A DNA stretch of 64,000 nucleotides from Paraspadella gotoi (lineage: Eukaryota > Animalia > Chaetognatha). Under the pieces are notes generated by a model. The model did not search any database, was not told the DNA's origin, and saw only the letters and a program-made list of their open reading frames with translations. Below, one piece after another: positions 46,011 through 59,200 of the stretch. The position numbers and the translations under genes were made by a program. The DNA is taken from positions 8,146,606 through 8,210,605 of the forward strand of contig CM119266.1 of the NCBI GenBank assembly GCA_051294375.1, given 5' to 3'. Within the stretch, counting starts at the first letter, position 1, and every line of letters starts with the position of its first letter.

Positions 46011-48555
46011 TTGTATCGAATTCGACGCAATTACGTGACTGATTGGAACTTTAGTCGGAGTTAAGAAAAACTGTCATTTGATGTCAGTTTGGGGCACACG
46101 ATATCTCTGTCTTTTCGTAAAGGTTTTCGTCTGAACGACTACATAGAGAGCGAGCGCCGTCAATGAAGCAATGTTGCAACTTGCAACGGCCATTGCTGAA
46201 GAGAGCAGCAATGAGTCATAAAAGTTGAGTTGACAAGGATAACGACAAAGTTCTTTCAAATTTAAGAAAGGATCAATAATGACTATAACCCTAACCTGAA
46301 GTACATAAAGTTTACCAAAGATTGTTTATTCATCTGACGAAAATTTAAATCACCGATAAAATTAAAAAGCAAAAGCTAAAAACCTAATTGTGGCCAAAGT
46401 CAACGATAGTGAATCTGACTCTAAAACTACTTTAACAATGACTATGACTCATTGTGCCATTTTGCCATTTGCCATTTTGACCTCAACGGACAGCGACTGT
46501 GACATCATTCATATGACCACTCTCTGGTGCCATTACGACAAAAGATAGATCTGGTTAACTATAGTAGGTTAAAATAAAACAATAAAGACTCTCTTACAAA
46601 AAGCAAATTTTCCTAATTATTTATTTGACGATTCGCATGTGTTTGATATCATGAAGCATTTTTGATCACCGAATGACTGTTAAATTTTGTAAGCAGATAG
46701 ACCACAATATCATGTGAGCAATTTTGGTTCAAAAAGACGAAAAAGATGACATTGGACAATGACAAAGATAAATGACAATTCAAGATGAATATGCGTCGCC
46801 AATTTTAAATATATTACTACTCGCTGACACGGACTTATGCCGTGTCGGCGAATCCGAGTCGACAACGATTAACGCCCTCTGTCGGCAAATGTAGGGATGA
46901 AATTGCCCGACAAAAAAAAAAACGCTTGAGGTGATTGGCTGTGATCGCGATTACGACGTCAGACGTTGACATTGACGAAATTAATGACGACAAAGACATT
47001 CAACTATGTTATTACCGTCATCGTTAATAATACTTGTGTATCAACAATAATATTGACTTAAGATTAACTCTGACGTTGTATATTGAAATTACAAATTGTA
47101 TAAATTGATAAATTACAAATTATAAATTGAACTCATTATGACAAAACTAATTAAAAAAAAAAAACGATAATGACAAAAACGGTTATCATCAAAATCATCA
47201 GTGATACTTTGATTGATTAAATGCTTTGTCAAACTACTACGATTACTGTCATAACAAAAATTACTAACAATCAGATGATTATGAAACCATTGATGACAGA
47301 ACTGGACTCCTCTCAAGACTGTGATTTTGACGACGACGACGACGACGACGACGACGTCCGATCCGCAAATGTCTCGCTGTGATTTCATGTCTCGTGATTT
47401 TGTGATTTTATTTCCCCCTCCCCCAAGATTTTCTTGCACGGACCCCATTTAATTTCAACTATACATATTACTACAAAATTATGCATATTAATTACAAAAA
47501 CAAAAACCGATCAATCCTAAAAAAACCAAAAAAACGAAACCACTTTTAAAATTAAATAAAAGTTTATATATTTAAATTGAAATAAGATTAAGACTTGAAA
47601 CGTTTTTATAAAAAGCCGGCAAATATTATTGTTTATAAACATTTTTTTAACATTTTTAAAGCCTCTCATTCTATTATTTCAAACGGTACAAATTTACTGT
47701 TGTTACTGAACAAAAAAAAAAATTCATATTGATTGAATTTCGGTCATTAAACAAAAAAATTTCATAACTCTCTTTCTTCAGTTTTTCATTTAAATCGAGT
47801 TAGATTTCTTTCTGAATTAACAAAGTTCGCTCTTTTTCAACTTTTTTAGCTTAATGATAAAACGTGGCAGACTTCAAGAAGTTTTCAACCATTTTTTAGG
47901 CTGATGATAAATAAAACGTCAGTTTATTCCATAGAATAATAGGTATTTGTAATACATTTTATACATGTCATATGGAACTACTCCTCGTAAGTTGATATGA
48001 AAAGAAGCGAAATTTTTAATTCGTTTCTTTCTCTTTCCACCATCCTCGTAAATAATCTCCGAACGACATCCAGACCGACCAAAAGGACTGACCAACCGAG
48101 GGACAAACCGACAAAATCTCGAGACAAGAAAAAAATGTCTTACTAAAATAACTTTTTACTCAAAATTCACGAAGAAGAGGAAAAAAAGTGGAGAAATGAG
48201 TTTTAATCCGGATTTAAGTTTTTGACGCGGCTCATAAATTTTTTTTATTTATCCCACTTTTTTTTTTGGTAAAAAACAACCCAGCGTTTCTCCGGCAATC
48301 GGGTAATTCTGAACGGCATTTAACGTTAGTGTTATAATAGCATTAGAATTACAACCACATAATAAATGTCAAGTCGACTCGATTGCTTCCGTAAAGTCTA
48401 AAGAACATAGCTGACCTTGTAATTAAATTAACTAATTTAATTAAAATATTTACTTCAAAACGCTCTGGTTGTCGCCCCTTTGTTTTGATTGTCAGAAATT
48501 TTTCCAAGGGGCGTGCCGCTCCTCGCTTTCGTCGCCGCGGCTTAAAGAAAAGCTC

Positions 48556-49497
48556 ATGTGCGGCAGCTGCGGAAAGATGATGCGGGGCTGCGGTCCCTGC
48601 CCCTCGCCGGCGCCGTCCTCGTCGAGGTGCCGACCCTGCGGACCCTGCGGTCCCTGCTATCCCGGTCCGGATTTTTGCGGTCCCGGGCCGGGATGCTTCG
48701 ATCCCTGCTATCCCTGCGGACCTTACGGACCTGGAGGTTGGTCTTGACCAAATTCTGACGCAGATAATCTACATTACTATACTAATAGTAGTCAACGTTA
48801 GACCTGAAGTCGGGCATTGCGGTTCAAACCGCTTATAAGCATGACAACCTTCAGTCGTGAACCTGTGTCTCATTGAGTTATTGCATCAGCTGATGACCAT
48901 TAGGTACCGGGATCAATCCCTAATGGCCGTAAACCGCCTTGGGAGCCTGTAAAACCCTCAAGCTTGGTTCCAAGCCCAGGACCTGTTTTATGGCTGCGAG
49001 AGGTATTTAAAGAAGTTACAGATAGGACTCTTCAACCAACTCTTTATCCACAGACCGATGTCTCTGACGTTCTTATACTTATTTCTGACCCGATGTCATC
49101 CGTGCTACAATAAACATCACAGTACTATCACCCTCGACCTTTGTCCCCGCTCCTTCAGACTGCTGCTCCACCTGCTTGAAAAATCCCTGCGCCTGCTGCG
49201 ACTTTTGCCTCCGCTGGCCCTGCGTCTGCGGCCCATCAGTCTGCAGCCCGAGACCATCATGCTGCAATAGATGCTACAAGGATCCTTGCGTTTGCGGCAT
49301 TGGGATTCACGGCGAGGTGCCGCGAGGGATTTGAAGAGAGTTTTAAGCTGAAATGCCGCGATGAGTGTTTAAACGTTGAGGAAAAGGAATGCTAAGGGGA
49401 AAGCAGTTAATTTATTCGATTGATTTTCCTTTTCATTTTTTTTTCGTTGTTGTACATTAACTAACGAATTGATTCACAAAATTTTTAACCTCTGCCT

Positions 49498-49528
<31 letters not shown>

Positions 49529-50483
49529 CCTCTCTCTCTCTCTCTCACTCGATTTGATTGATTTAATTATAATTTTCATCATCCCGTGAGAGCCAAGACC
49601 TTCATTACCACCGTTGCAATCAATGACGCCCCCTTCTCCAATTGTCACCTTCAAACGCGTTCCCGATCTCCTTTCCTTACCTTTCCTTACCTTTCCTTAC
49701 CCCAAGGTGGCGGAGAAATTGGCCCGTGCCCAAGCCCAAGCCGCCCAAGACGCGCAGGGTCTCCGCAAGAACGTCTGCGATCTCTCCGCCACCGTGGCCA
49801 ACCTTGATTGCAGGCTGAGAAAGACCGAGTGCGATTACAAGCAGGTGATTCTTTTTATAGGGAAATATTTAGAGCGCATGATTGGTCGGCAATTATTGGA
49901 ATTATTGGCAAGCAGACAACTGTTTGGAGAGAGATATTAATTGATAGGAGTTGACTGGTCAGTGGTCACTGGTCAAGAAGAGAAACTCGTGAGAACACTT
50001 TGATTTGGTGGAGAGGGAAAGTGACTGCTGGCTGGTAATCAGGGTTGTGCCCGGTCAGGGACAAGAGCCACCCGCACTCTCTTCCTTCGTTATCCCCGAC
50101 CCCCCATTTCACGTCACAGGCCTGCAAAGAGTTGAGCTGCATCGACCGAATGTACAGAAACTGCGCCAAAGACAGAAACAATTTGCAGGCGGAAGCCAGA
50201 AATCTACAATGCGTCAACATGAATCTGAGGAGAGAGAACAACAGACTAAAGGTTCGGATGAATGAATTAGATTAGTGCAGTGTGAATAAATAGGGATAGG
50301 AAGATGAATGTGATTAATATTGTGAATGAATAAATGCCATAAAAGAATGAATGAATAAAAGATACAAAAATCCATGTGAAATGTAAATTTTAAATTTATC
50401 CTTGACTTCAGTGCGAAATTCGCTGCCTCAAATGTCGCCTGGAATCCTGCCGGTGCGGCTGCGGCAAGAGAGCCTGCTGTTGA
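48556..50483 (+). CDS. Cys/Gly/Pro-rich protein with C-terminal coiled coil (226 aa), possible sperm structural protein
   Basis: Exons 48556-48736, 49159-49316, 49707-49844, 50120-50251 and 50412-50483 join in frame with GT-AG introns (681 nt). It contains CGPCGPC repeats, CCxxCxxxPCxC units, a heptad region (LQAEARNLQCVNMNLRRENNRLKCEIRCLKCRL) and ends ..KRACC. Confidence 0.85.
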
Positions 50484-50916
50484 AACGGTGCAGACTAACC
50501 ACATGGAATCCTATTGCTTCCTCTGTCTGCCGACGCAAAGGCGGCAATTGCTATTACCGACGCTGGGCTAAACATAGAAAACAAAAGGCATTCATTCGCC
50601 AATGGGCTTTTCTTTGGAATGTTTTTGGATTTTTTTTTTTGCCAAAATGAAAAACAATGAAAAAGAAATAAAGACGTCTAAGATTAATCTAAGTATTCAT
50701 TTTTTTAATACTTTTTCATGGGAAGACTGTTCAGTGTTCAATTGTTGCGGTTTTAGCCAAAGGAAGAAAGAATCGTTAAGCTAGCGACTTCTAGCGATAA
50801 GATAAAAAATTAAAATTGCAATTCCCATTGAACAACAAAAGTCTCCGCGACGACATTGCATGACTATATTTTATTTAGTCAATAGAGAATGGAGACGTCA
50901 GGTAACGTCATTTAAA

Positions 50917-50947
<31 letters not shown>

Positions 50948-50969
50948 GAGTGCCCTTCCGGTTTTCATT

Positions 50970-51883
50970 ATGGGCTCAATGATGGAGAATTTATTATTGG
51001 GCGCTTTGAAGGGTAAGAATATATTTTTATTGATTATTAAGATTATAAATAGCATCATATGAGTCCTATTTTGAATTTTAAAATAAAGTATACGTATATT
51101 TGGTAAAAGTAAGTGTCATTTCTCATTAATTTTCATTGGTCTATTAATCATCGAACATCGTTTGCAATTTAATCATTTCGAACAATTAAAATTCAAAGTT
51201 CCCCACTTGTTATGACGAATTCAGGAAAAGCGAGAGAACTTCGCCTGGCGAGTCAAGGCCTGAACGATCTGCCCGATTTCATCGGTCGCCTAAATTTTTT
51301 AGTGAAGGTCGATTTGAAACTCAACCGCCTGACTGATCTCCCGCCTGATTTCGCTAAACTCACTTTTCTGGAAAGACTCAATTTGGGGAAGAACGAGTTC
51401 TACACTTTGCCAAAGGTATTTATTTATCTATTTATTTATTTATTTTCTTATTTTATTATTAAATTATTTATTTATTTATTTAGTTTGTTTTTATACTATT
51501 TTTTATCGCATTTTTTACCTCATCGAAACAACCCAATCAGAATCAGCTCCTAACATTCCTCAGCCAATCAAAACCCGCTCATCATCTTCCTTCCCTCAAC
51601 CACACCTCAACCCCCTTCTCGTTCCTCACTCCCCCCCAGGCCCTGGAATGCCTCACCCACCTCCTCGTCCTCCACGCCTTCGAGAATCGCATCGTCGTCA
51701 TCCCGCCCCAAATCATCGAGCGACTGACCGACTTGACTTTTCTCAACTTGAATCGAAATCGAATCGAGATTTTGCCGCCGGAAATCGGGAGCCTCTCTCG
51801 CTTGGAGGTTCTCTCCATCAGCCACAACAGGATTTCGCTGTTGCCGAAGCAGCTGTGCTCGTTGAGGAGGTTGAGGTGGGTGG

Positions 51884-51962
<79 letters not shown>

Positions 51963-54313
51963 CCCTCCTTAAACTTGAAATTTATAAATTTTCTTACAAT
52001 TCTTTTCGAGTTTTCTATAAAATAGTATATTATAGAAAACTCGAAAAGAATTGTAAGAAAATTATATACGTTTTTAGATTCCTTAAAATGTTTATTGAAA
52101 TACCTAATTTACAAAGGTGATAACCATGGGCCAATAACAGAGAAGCCGACAATTTTTATCTCCTCCAGAGACCTCAACGTTTCGGCCAACCGTCTCCAAG
52201 ATTTGCCCGACGAAATCGTCAATCTTCGTCGGCTGAAATCTCTTAAATTGCAGAAGAACAAATTGCAACGTCTACCAGAAGGAATGTCCAGGATGCATCG
52301 GCTGACCATTTTGGACGTTGCAGGTAGTTGCGGAATTGTGGGATCAATTCTTAGCGAAAAAAAAAAAATTAAATACAAGCGCAGTTGACAGGATTCGAAC
52401 CTGTGCACGGAGACCGTAACTGATTTCGAGTCAGTCGCCTTAACCACTCGGCCACAACTGCAACTGATACTCGGTGTTGATTCTAATGATCTAATGAAGC
52501 CAAGCCAGACAAATATTTTTATTTTTATTTTAATAAACTACTATAACGAACTCTTTGAACTCATTCAGCCAATTTAAAATCAATTTTAAATCTTTTCATT
52601 CAGCCAATCGGATCCAACTCTTCCCCTGCGACCTTCCCTTCATGAAGATTAAAGAATTTTACGCCGAAGGAAACGACTTTGTGGCGAAAACGTCGGTCGT
52701 CGGCGTCAAGGAAGACGATTTGCCGACGTTGAAGGAGTTGTCGGCCAGAAAGATCTTGGTTGTCGGGCAGAACAGGAGGTCTATCATTCACTATTTTTTG
52801 CAGGTCGGTGGTGGTGGATGTCGGGGGGGGGGGAAGGAGGATATCGCGTGAATTCAAAAGGAGAAAATTGTGAAAGTTGTGAATAAATTATGTAATTTCA
52901 TAATTGTTTAGAAAGTCATTTTCTGTTTTGAATGATAAACTCTCTCTCCTTATCTTGTTTGTAGTTTTAATCATCAAAAAGCTTTTACGAAAACATTTTT
53001 ACGTATAAATGTTGTCGCTTATACTAACAAAATAGTCAGAGGAGATTGTTCCACTCATGGTCACTTGCAATGGGAGTTCCAAAATATTGTTGCCGCTTCT
53101 ACGGGTAGTTTAACCCGGCCCTTCCCTCTTTCGACTAATGCCCACCGCGGGAGGATAGAATGATGACAGCCGAATGAACAATTAAATTTAATCTTCTTTA
53201 GTCGTACAAGATACATTTTTTTAACAACCACCACAACCGTCACAACCACCACAACCGTCACCACCGTATCCGCCTTCCTCTGCCCGCCACTCTTCAGGAA
53301 CACCCACAGATCAAGACGATGCTATCTCGGGCCAACAGATGCGCCGTATGCGACCAACACTTCCTGCGTCTCTACATGAGATGCGTGGAATTCGTCGACG
53401 CTCACAAAATCCTCTCAACTTCCAACGGAACTGGAATCATTCCGACGCTGGCGTTTCTCTGCTCTTACAGGTGAAGTCGACAGGCGTGGGGGGGGGGACA
53501 GGTGCATGCGGCGAAGGTGGAGGGCAGGCTGGTGGGCCAGGATTATTTCAGGACTCGGAAGTTGATTAATGCGCGAGGATAGACGCGCGCCTGTTCAGTA
53601 AAATTTTAGATAATTAAAATTTAGCATATAAAACATGAAAATAAAAACCAATAAAAATACTTTGGTAAATATATTTTTTGAATTTTATACATTAGTAATT
53701 TAGTAGGCACCAGTGAGCTATATTTATATATAGTAATAAGTATATAATAGGCTAAAATTTCAAAATGCAAATTTTTAAATTTTAAGATCGGATTTGGATT
53801 TCTTGCAAGAAGTTTATAAAAGAAAGTATAATTATTTTTTTAAAAATTCATTCATTAAGTTGGTCAAAAATGTAAAAAACTATATTTAAAACGCCGATTT
53901 ACAATTTCCATCTTAAAAATATATTTTTTTGTAATTTTAACCGACTTAATGACATAATTTTTGAAAAAGATTTATATTTACTTTTATCAACTTTTAACGA
54001 GGTACCTGAATCAGAATTTAAAAAAAAAATATTTTGAAATCCAACTATTTCCGTTGTGATGTTTAGCATCTTTAATGTTGAACATTCGTCTGTTGTTATG
54101 CGTAACGATATTACTTTATTAGTAACTTAGCCAATAGGCGTGACCAAGGCCGTACTCGTTTATATTCATTCGTTCCTGTCCCACACACCAAAACCAAGAC
54201 CGTAATCGTTTATATTCATTCGTTCCTTTCCCACACCCCCCCCCATAAATTGTTGCAGATGCTTTGCCACCAACGGACGCCATTTCTTCGCCGCTCCGCC
54301 TGACAATTTTTAG
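50970..54313 (+). CDS. LRRC69: Leucine-rich repeat-containing protein 69-like
   Basis: Exons 50970-51012, 51225-51415, 51640-51875, 52169-52323, 52604-52803, 53298-53470, 54259-54313. N-terminus MMENLLLGALKGK, LRRs, then LDVAANRIQLFP..EFYAEGN, LPTLKELSAR, CAVCDQHF..CVEFV..LCSYRCF, matching the recalled LRRC69 layout. Confidence 0.88.
51987..52063. repeat. Perfect 34-bp inverted repeat with 9-nt loop
   Basis: AATTTTCTTACAATTCTTTTCGAGTTTTCTATAA-aatagtata-TTATAGAAAACTCGAAAAGAATTGTAAGAAAATT. Confidence 0.95.
52380..52461 (-). tRNA. tRNA-Ser (anticodon CGA)
   Basis: GCAGTTGTGGCCGAGTGGTTAAGGCGACTGACTCGAAATCAGTTACGGTCTCCGTGCACAGGTTCGAATCCTGTCAACTGCG: 7-bp acceptor stem, A and B boxes, long variable arm, G discriminator, downstream oligo-T Pol III terminator. 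Confidence 0.96.
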
Positions 54314-56217
54314 GGCCCCATATCGAGCATTTTTAAACCGAAATTCAACAGGCCACGTTCCCCGCATTTTGAATTTTCAGAAAAATTCCGTCTAATTGTG
54401 ATCTAGAAGCTTGGTCTAATAAGAAGGGCCACAGATATAGAAAATTTTCGAAACTATTGAAGAGAATTTGAACGAAAAAAGAGAATTCTATTTGTTGTTT
54501 TTGTTGTTGATCCGAGAATATCAGATCTCATGACATGGTTTAGAGAATAATTGAATAATTGGATACCGCAATTTGCTGGTACTTTTGATTCGAGCTTTCG
54601 TGCTACTAATTGTGAGCGAATTTCTTGATTTACGCAATAATTTTATCGTTTTGAATTGATAAAACATGCACTGGAATAATTTCATTCGTCATAACTAAAA
54701 TTTTCTTTTTTCAATCGAGAATAATGTGACGACGATGGTCTTAGTTAGAAAAATAATTTGCTTGCCAAAGTATTTTATAAAAGAATCTACGATCGCAAGT
54801 GTTTTATCAAGCTTTGAAAGTGACCACTGACCAGCTGACGGAAAAAGTCTACTCAAGTGTATATACGAATCAAAAACGCGAGGAATAAAAACTTTGTTTT
54901 GGTCACGAGTTTTATTTCGAAACGTTTAAACATTAATTAAAAGAAACGACGGACAAAGAAAGAGAGGTAAGACACAGTCCAAATACTCGCTAATAATAAC
55001 AATATAGTTCTTTCGTTGAATACTACTATGATGTAGATAGCGTCGATCGGCGAGATGAATTCTCACAACATCGGTGGGTGAACAAGGGGGGGAGGGAGCG
55101 TCGGAGAGAAAGGATATATAAAATAAGATTTGAAATTCCGTATCGTCCAATGTTTTCGCTCCGTAACCAGACGAATTAAATTTAAAAAAACGAAAAACTT
55201 GTAAAACACTTATAGATGTTTAAATATCCAACTTTTATTCACTGCGCCGATTTGTGTAACGGGGAATCTTGATCTCTTAAAAGAAGATCAGGGATGGAAA
55301 TATGAGAGAAAGTCGCGTTATATAAAACGAGTTTCGTACAAAAATAACTTTGGCACATTAACTCGGTTTGGATGTCCACTGGCTAATAAAGTTGATAACG
55401 GTTAAAACACTGGCTTTTACGATACTTTTAACATATATTAGGATATTTTAAACATTGCGATCAATTATCGTTCTGAGGGATATTTTTTTTGTTGCCTACT
55501 ACCGCGCGAACTAATCTGTCATGATTGATACCTTCAATAAAATATATCTAATAGAACAGAGTAAAATCTTTCTGGTTTAACATTAAATTTTCTAACATGC
55601 CGTTTCTACAGCGAGGGCTACCACACACTGTAAAAAGGAAGAGATGGGCGGCTAGCATTAGCGCGGACAAGCACTTTACTTTTCCTTGTTATTATTATTA
55701 TTTTTGGAACAATCACATTCTTAGACGAGGAAAATAAATAAATAAGCCGTTTTAGCCTCTAAATGATAAAATAAAACACGACTCTCGAATTCGACAAAAC
55801 CAAAAAAAAAAAAAAAAAAATTACATCGTCGAGACCAAAAAAAAAACATCGCCGTTTCGTCTCTCTTTCGATAAAAACAAAGGCCGCAAGGAACGCAAAA
55901 CATTTTGTTTTGTTTTTCGAAACAGAAAACAGAAACACGAATCGATTGCATAGAATAACGAATGCAAAAAAAAAAAAAAAAAAGGTAAAGAACAAAAATT
56001 GAGAAAATTCGCCCTCGGTTCGTCTTGTCCTTTAGTTCGCAGACGAATTTAAACAAAAGGACAACGAAGGAGAAGAGGGCGCGGCAGGTGCCGTCCAAAG
56101 CACGAAGACGCTGTGTTATTTCGGAGACAGTTAAGTCGTTGTTCGCTTGTTTACTCATTTCGGAGACGAAGTTGCAGGTTTTGTTTTCTAGAAAATTTGC
56201 TTTTCTGTTTGTTTATA

Positions 56218-59200
56218 TCATTCGAAGACAGTTTGTATGTCGTGTTCGTAGATGGCGATCAAAAGCATGATGCCGAACCCGCTTAAAATCCCCGCGTTCT
56301 GGGAATAATAAAGAAAGCAGGGATTTTTGATCGACTATTTTTTGTACGACTAATAAAGGTTACAGTGATCGATTTTCTGTCAATGATTCACCAATTGTTT
56401 AATTAGTAGAACAAATGATACGTTGAATTACCTGTATTAACAAGTGAACCAAAGGAGATTCGCCAGGTTTTGATTCCATCACCGTCAACTCTGGAACCTA
56501 AAAACAATAAATATATTATATTAATATTATATTATTATATATTATATTAATACCAGACGGGCCCTCGAAACTGACCATGTCAACCAGGGAGATGTAGAGG
56601 AAGAGCCCCGCGGTGGCGCAGAAGACCCAATAGGAAGCGTTGGAGATGTTGCCGACGATGATGCCGACGATCATCCCGAAGAGACAGAGAACCGAGGAGA
56701 CGACGTTGTAGGTCAGCGCCTGTTTCGTCGACATCCCCGCCTTGAGGAGCACGGCGAAGTCGCCTGGTGGTGAGAGAGAGGGGGGGGGGTTGGGAAAAGT
56801 TGTAAAATCGAGACAGTTTATTGTAAAGATAGATAGAAAAGAGAAATGTTTAAAATGAATAAAATACGAGCGAAGTGACAGATTGGTGAATGAGAGAGAA
56901 ACTGCCGGGGTTTAAACAGAAACAAATTACACTAGGCGTTGTTCTATACTCTAACTTAGACACTAGTCACTTAGCCCGACCCAGGACTCTATTTTGAATC
57001 CCCCCAATCCAAAGGCCTCGTCTCTCTCACCCAGCTCGTGCGGCAGCTCGTGACAGAAGACGGCGATGGAGGTGGAGAACCCAGTAGTGACGGATGTGGC
57101 GAAGGCGGCGCCGATCGCCATCCCGTCGGTGAAGTTGTGAATCCCGTCACCCATGATCACCATCCACGCCACCGAGCTCACGTTGGCCGGTACATCGTGG
57201 GCGTGGCCGTGATGGGCGTGTCCGTGTGGGCCATGGGAGTGGCCGTGGCTGTGGTGGGAGTGGCGCTGGGATGACTCGGAGCATCGATCCCGACCGTCTT
57301 TGGCCTTGGGAAGTTGGAAAAGGAGAGGGGGGGGGGAAGGAAGATGAGAGGGAGACGAAGAGAGTCAATCTCCTGCCTTTCGGTTTCGGGAAAATAAATC
57401 ACAAAAGCGAGTCCAAAGTCAGGGGCAAGATAGCTTATTTATTAAAATGAATGGATAATTTTTATAGTAGTTTTACCAATTTCATAATAATAGACAGAGT
57501 TACTTTTTATTTCGCGAGAGACGAATATTTTAACCGCAAAGATTCACTAATGCCAATTCCGCCAAGCAACCTCTGAATCTTGGCTCTCGACTTTCTTACC
57601 AAAAAAAATTGGTACTCTCCAAAGTTTAGGTCTTGTACTAATCACAAAGAAACAGAAAATTGTTTACGTTTTATAGAGAAAAAAGGCAGATCAAAACAAA
57701 AGCATTGCTTATTGAAATAAAAATTATCTAAAGAAAAAGGAACGTCGTGAAAGGTGGATACATTGTGGAAAATATCAAGCGCAGATCCATTCAAATTAGG
57801 TTTTTTTTTTAATGTTGAGAGGGAACTAAAAGATATAGTATCAATCGGTTAGGACTTTTTTTCTGACAAGAGCATACTTTTTCAAATCGCATTCCAAGTG
57901 ACTGTACCTTTCTTAAATAATTTCTTTTCTGAAGGAAAAATATTTTTTATCTTTTCAAAATTAAAGCGCGCGGTTAGAAAACTACGTTTAGACATAGATA
58001 TTGACTAAAACTTACCTTGTAACTCGCGCTCCCATTAAACTCGAAAGAAAGCTTTTGCTTGTAATTTTGTGAGAGAACGGCGGGTAAGAGAACTTCGGCG
58101 GGTTGCTGAGGATCACCACTCGGGGTCGTCGATTGGTAATCCTGGAGTTATGGAATTGGTGTTTCTTAGTTTATATTGTTAACATTGAATCATTAAAGAA
58201 TAAACTTTGTGAAGCCCGACCTTCATGCAGGATTCCATCTCGTCGTCCGAGTGACAAGTGGGGTCGTCCTCGTCGAAGGTCGCCTTCTGATTCGGACAAT
58301 GAGCTTCGTTGTGATGCTCCGCCGTCGCTAGCTGCTTCAACGCTGAGGGGGGAAGGGTGGGATAAGGATAAGGATTCCCATCGTTGCTCTGATTTTCTAT
58401 CGTCGGAGAAGGAAAAAAAGTGGCGATGAGTAACAAAGACAAGGAGGTCGAGAAAGGACATTGACCGATTGATACGATGCGTTTTCAACAAAGTTTGTTA
58501 GTCAAACGATTTTGCTCGCACATTGCACAAGGCATCGAAATACACAAGAATTATGCGAAATTTATCGCCGATAGCGTCAAAAAAACAAAAAACAAACAAA
58601 CTTTACGCTTGATAAAGCTAAATTAATTTCCGATTGTATGAACTTATGTTTAAACATGTCAATTTAAAGTGAAGTAGTGAGTAGAAAGACAACCATTCGC
58701 TAACGATACCAAGTTGTTTCTTCTAATTATTTCTCGTGTTAAATGTTAAAATTTGTATAGACAAAAAAAAAGTAAATTCGAAAATAGAAGAAACAACTAG
58801 TATGAAGTAACTGAAATCTGAAAAGTTAAAATTGTAGTAAATATTTGGAGAGTTCAGAAAATTTTTACTTTTTATCGCAAACTAAAACATTCTTACTAAA
58901 CTTAAACATCATAAAACGATTAACATTAGGATGAAAAAAGTGAGAGAGGAAACACAATATCCTCTTTTCAAGATAAGTGTTTCTTTGTTATACCAGAAAA
59001 ATAAGATATATACAGAATAGAGACCTTAACCTTGAGTTAATACGTTACATTTTTACACATCATGAAAGGTCATATGATTCAAAGACAACGTCTCAATGAG
59101 GCTAATCTGAAAATACTCATTAGTCGAAAATGCAAAGTTGGCAATTTTTCGCACTGGGAGAAAATTTTATATCAAACCATTTTATAACTAGAATAAACTT

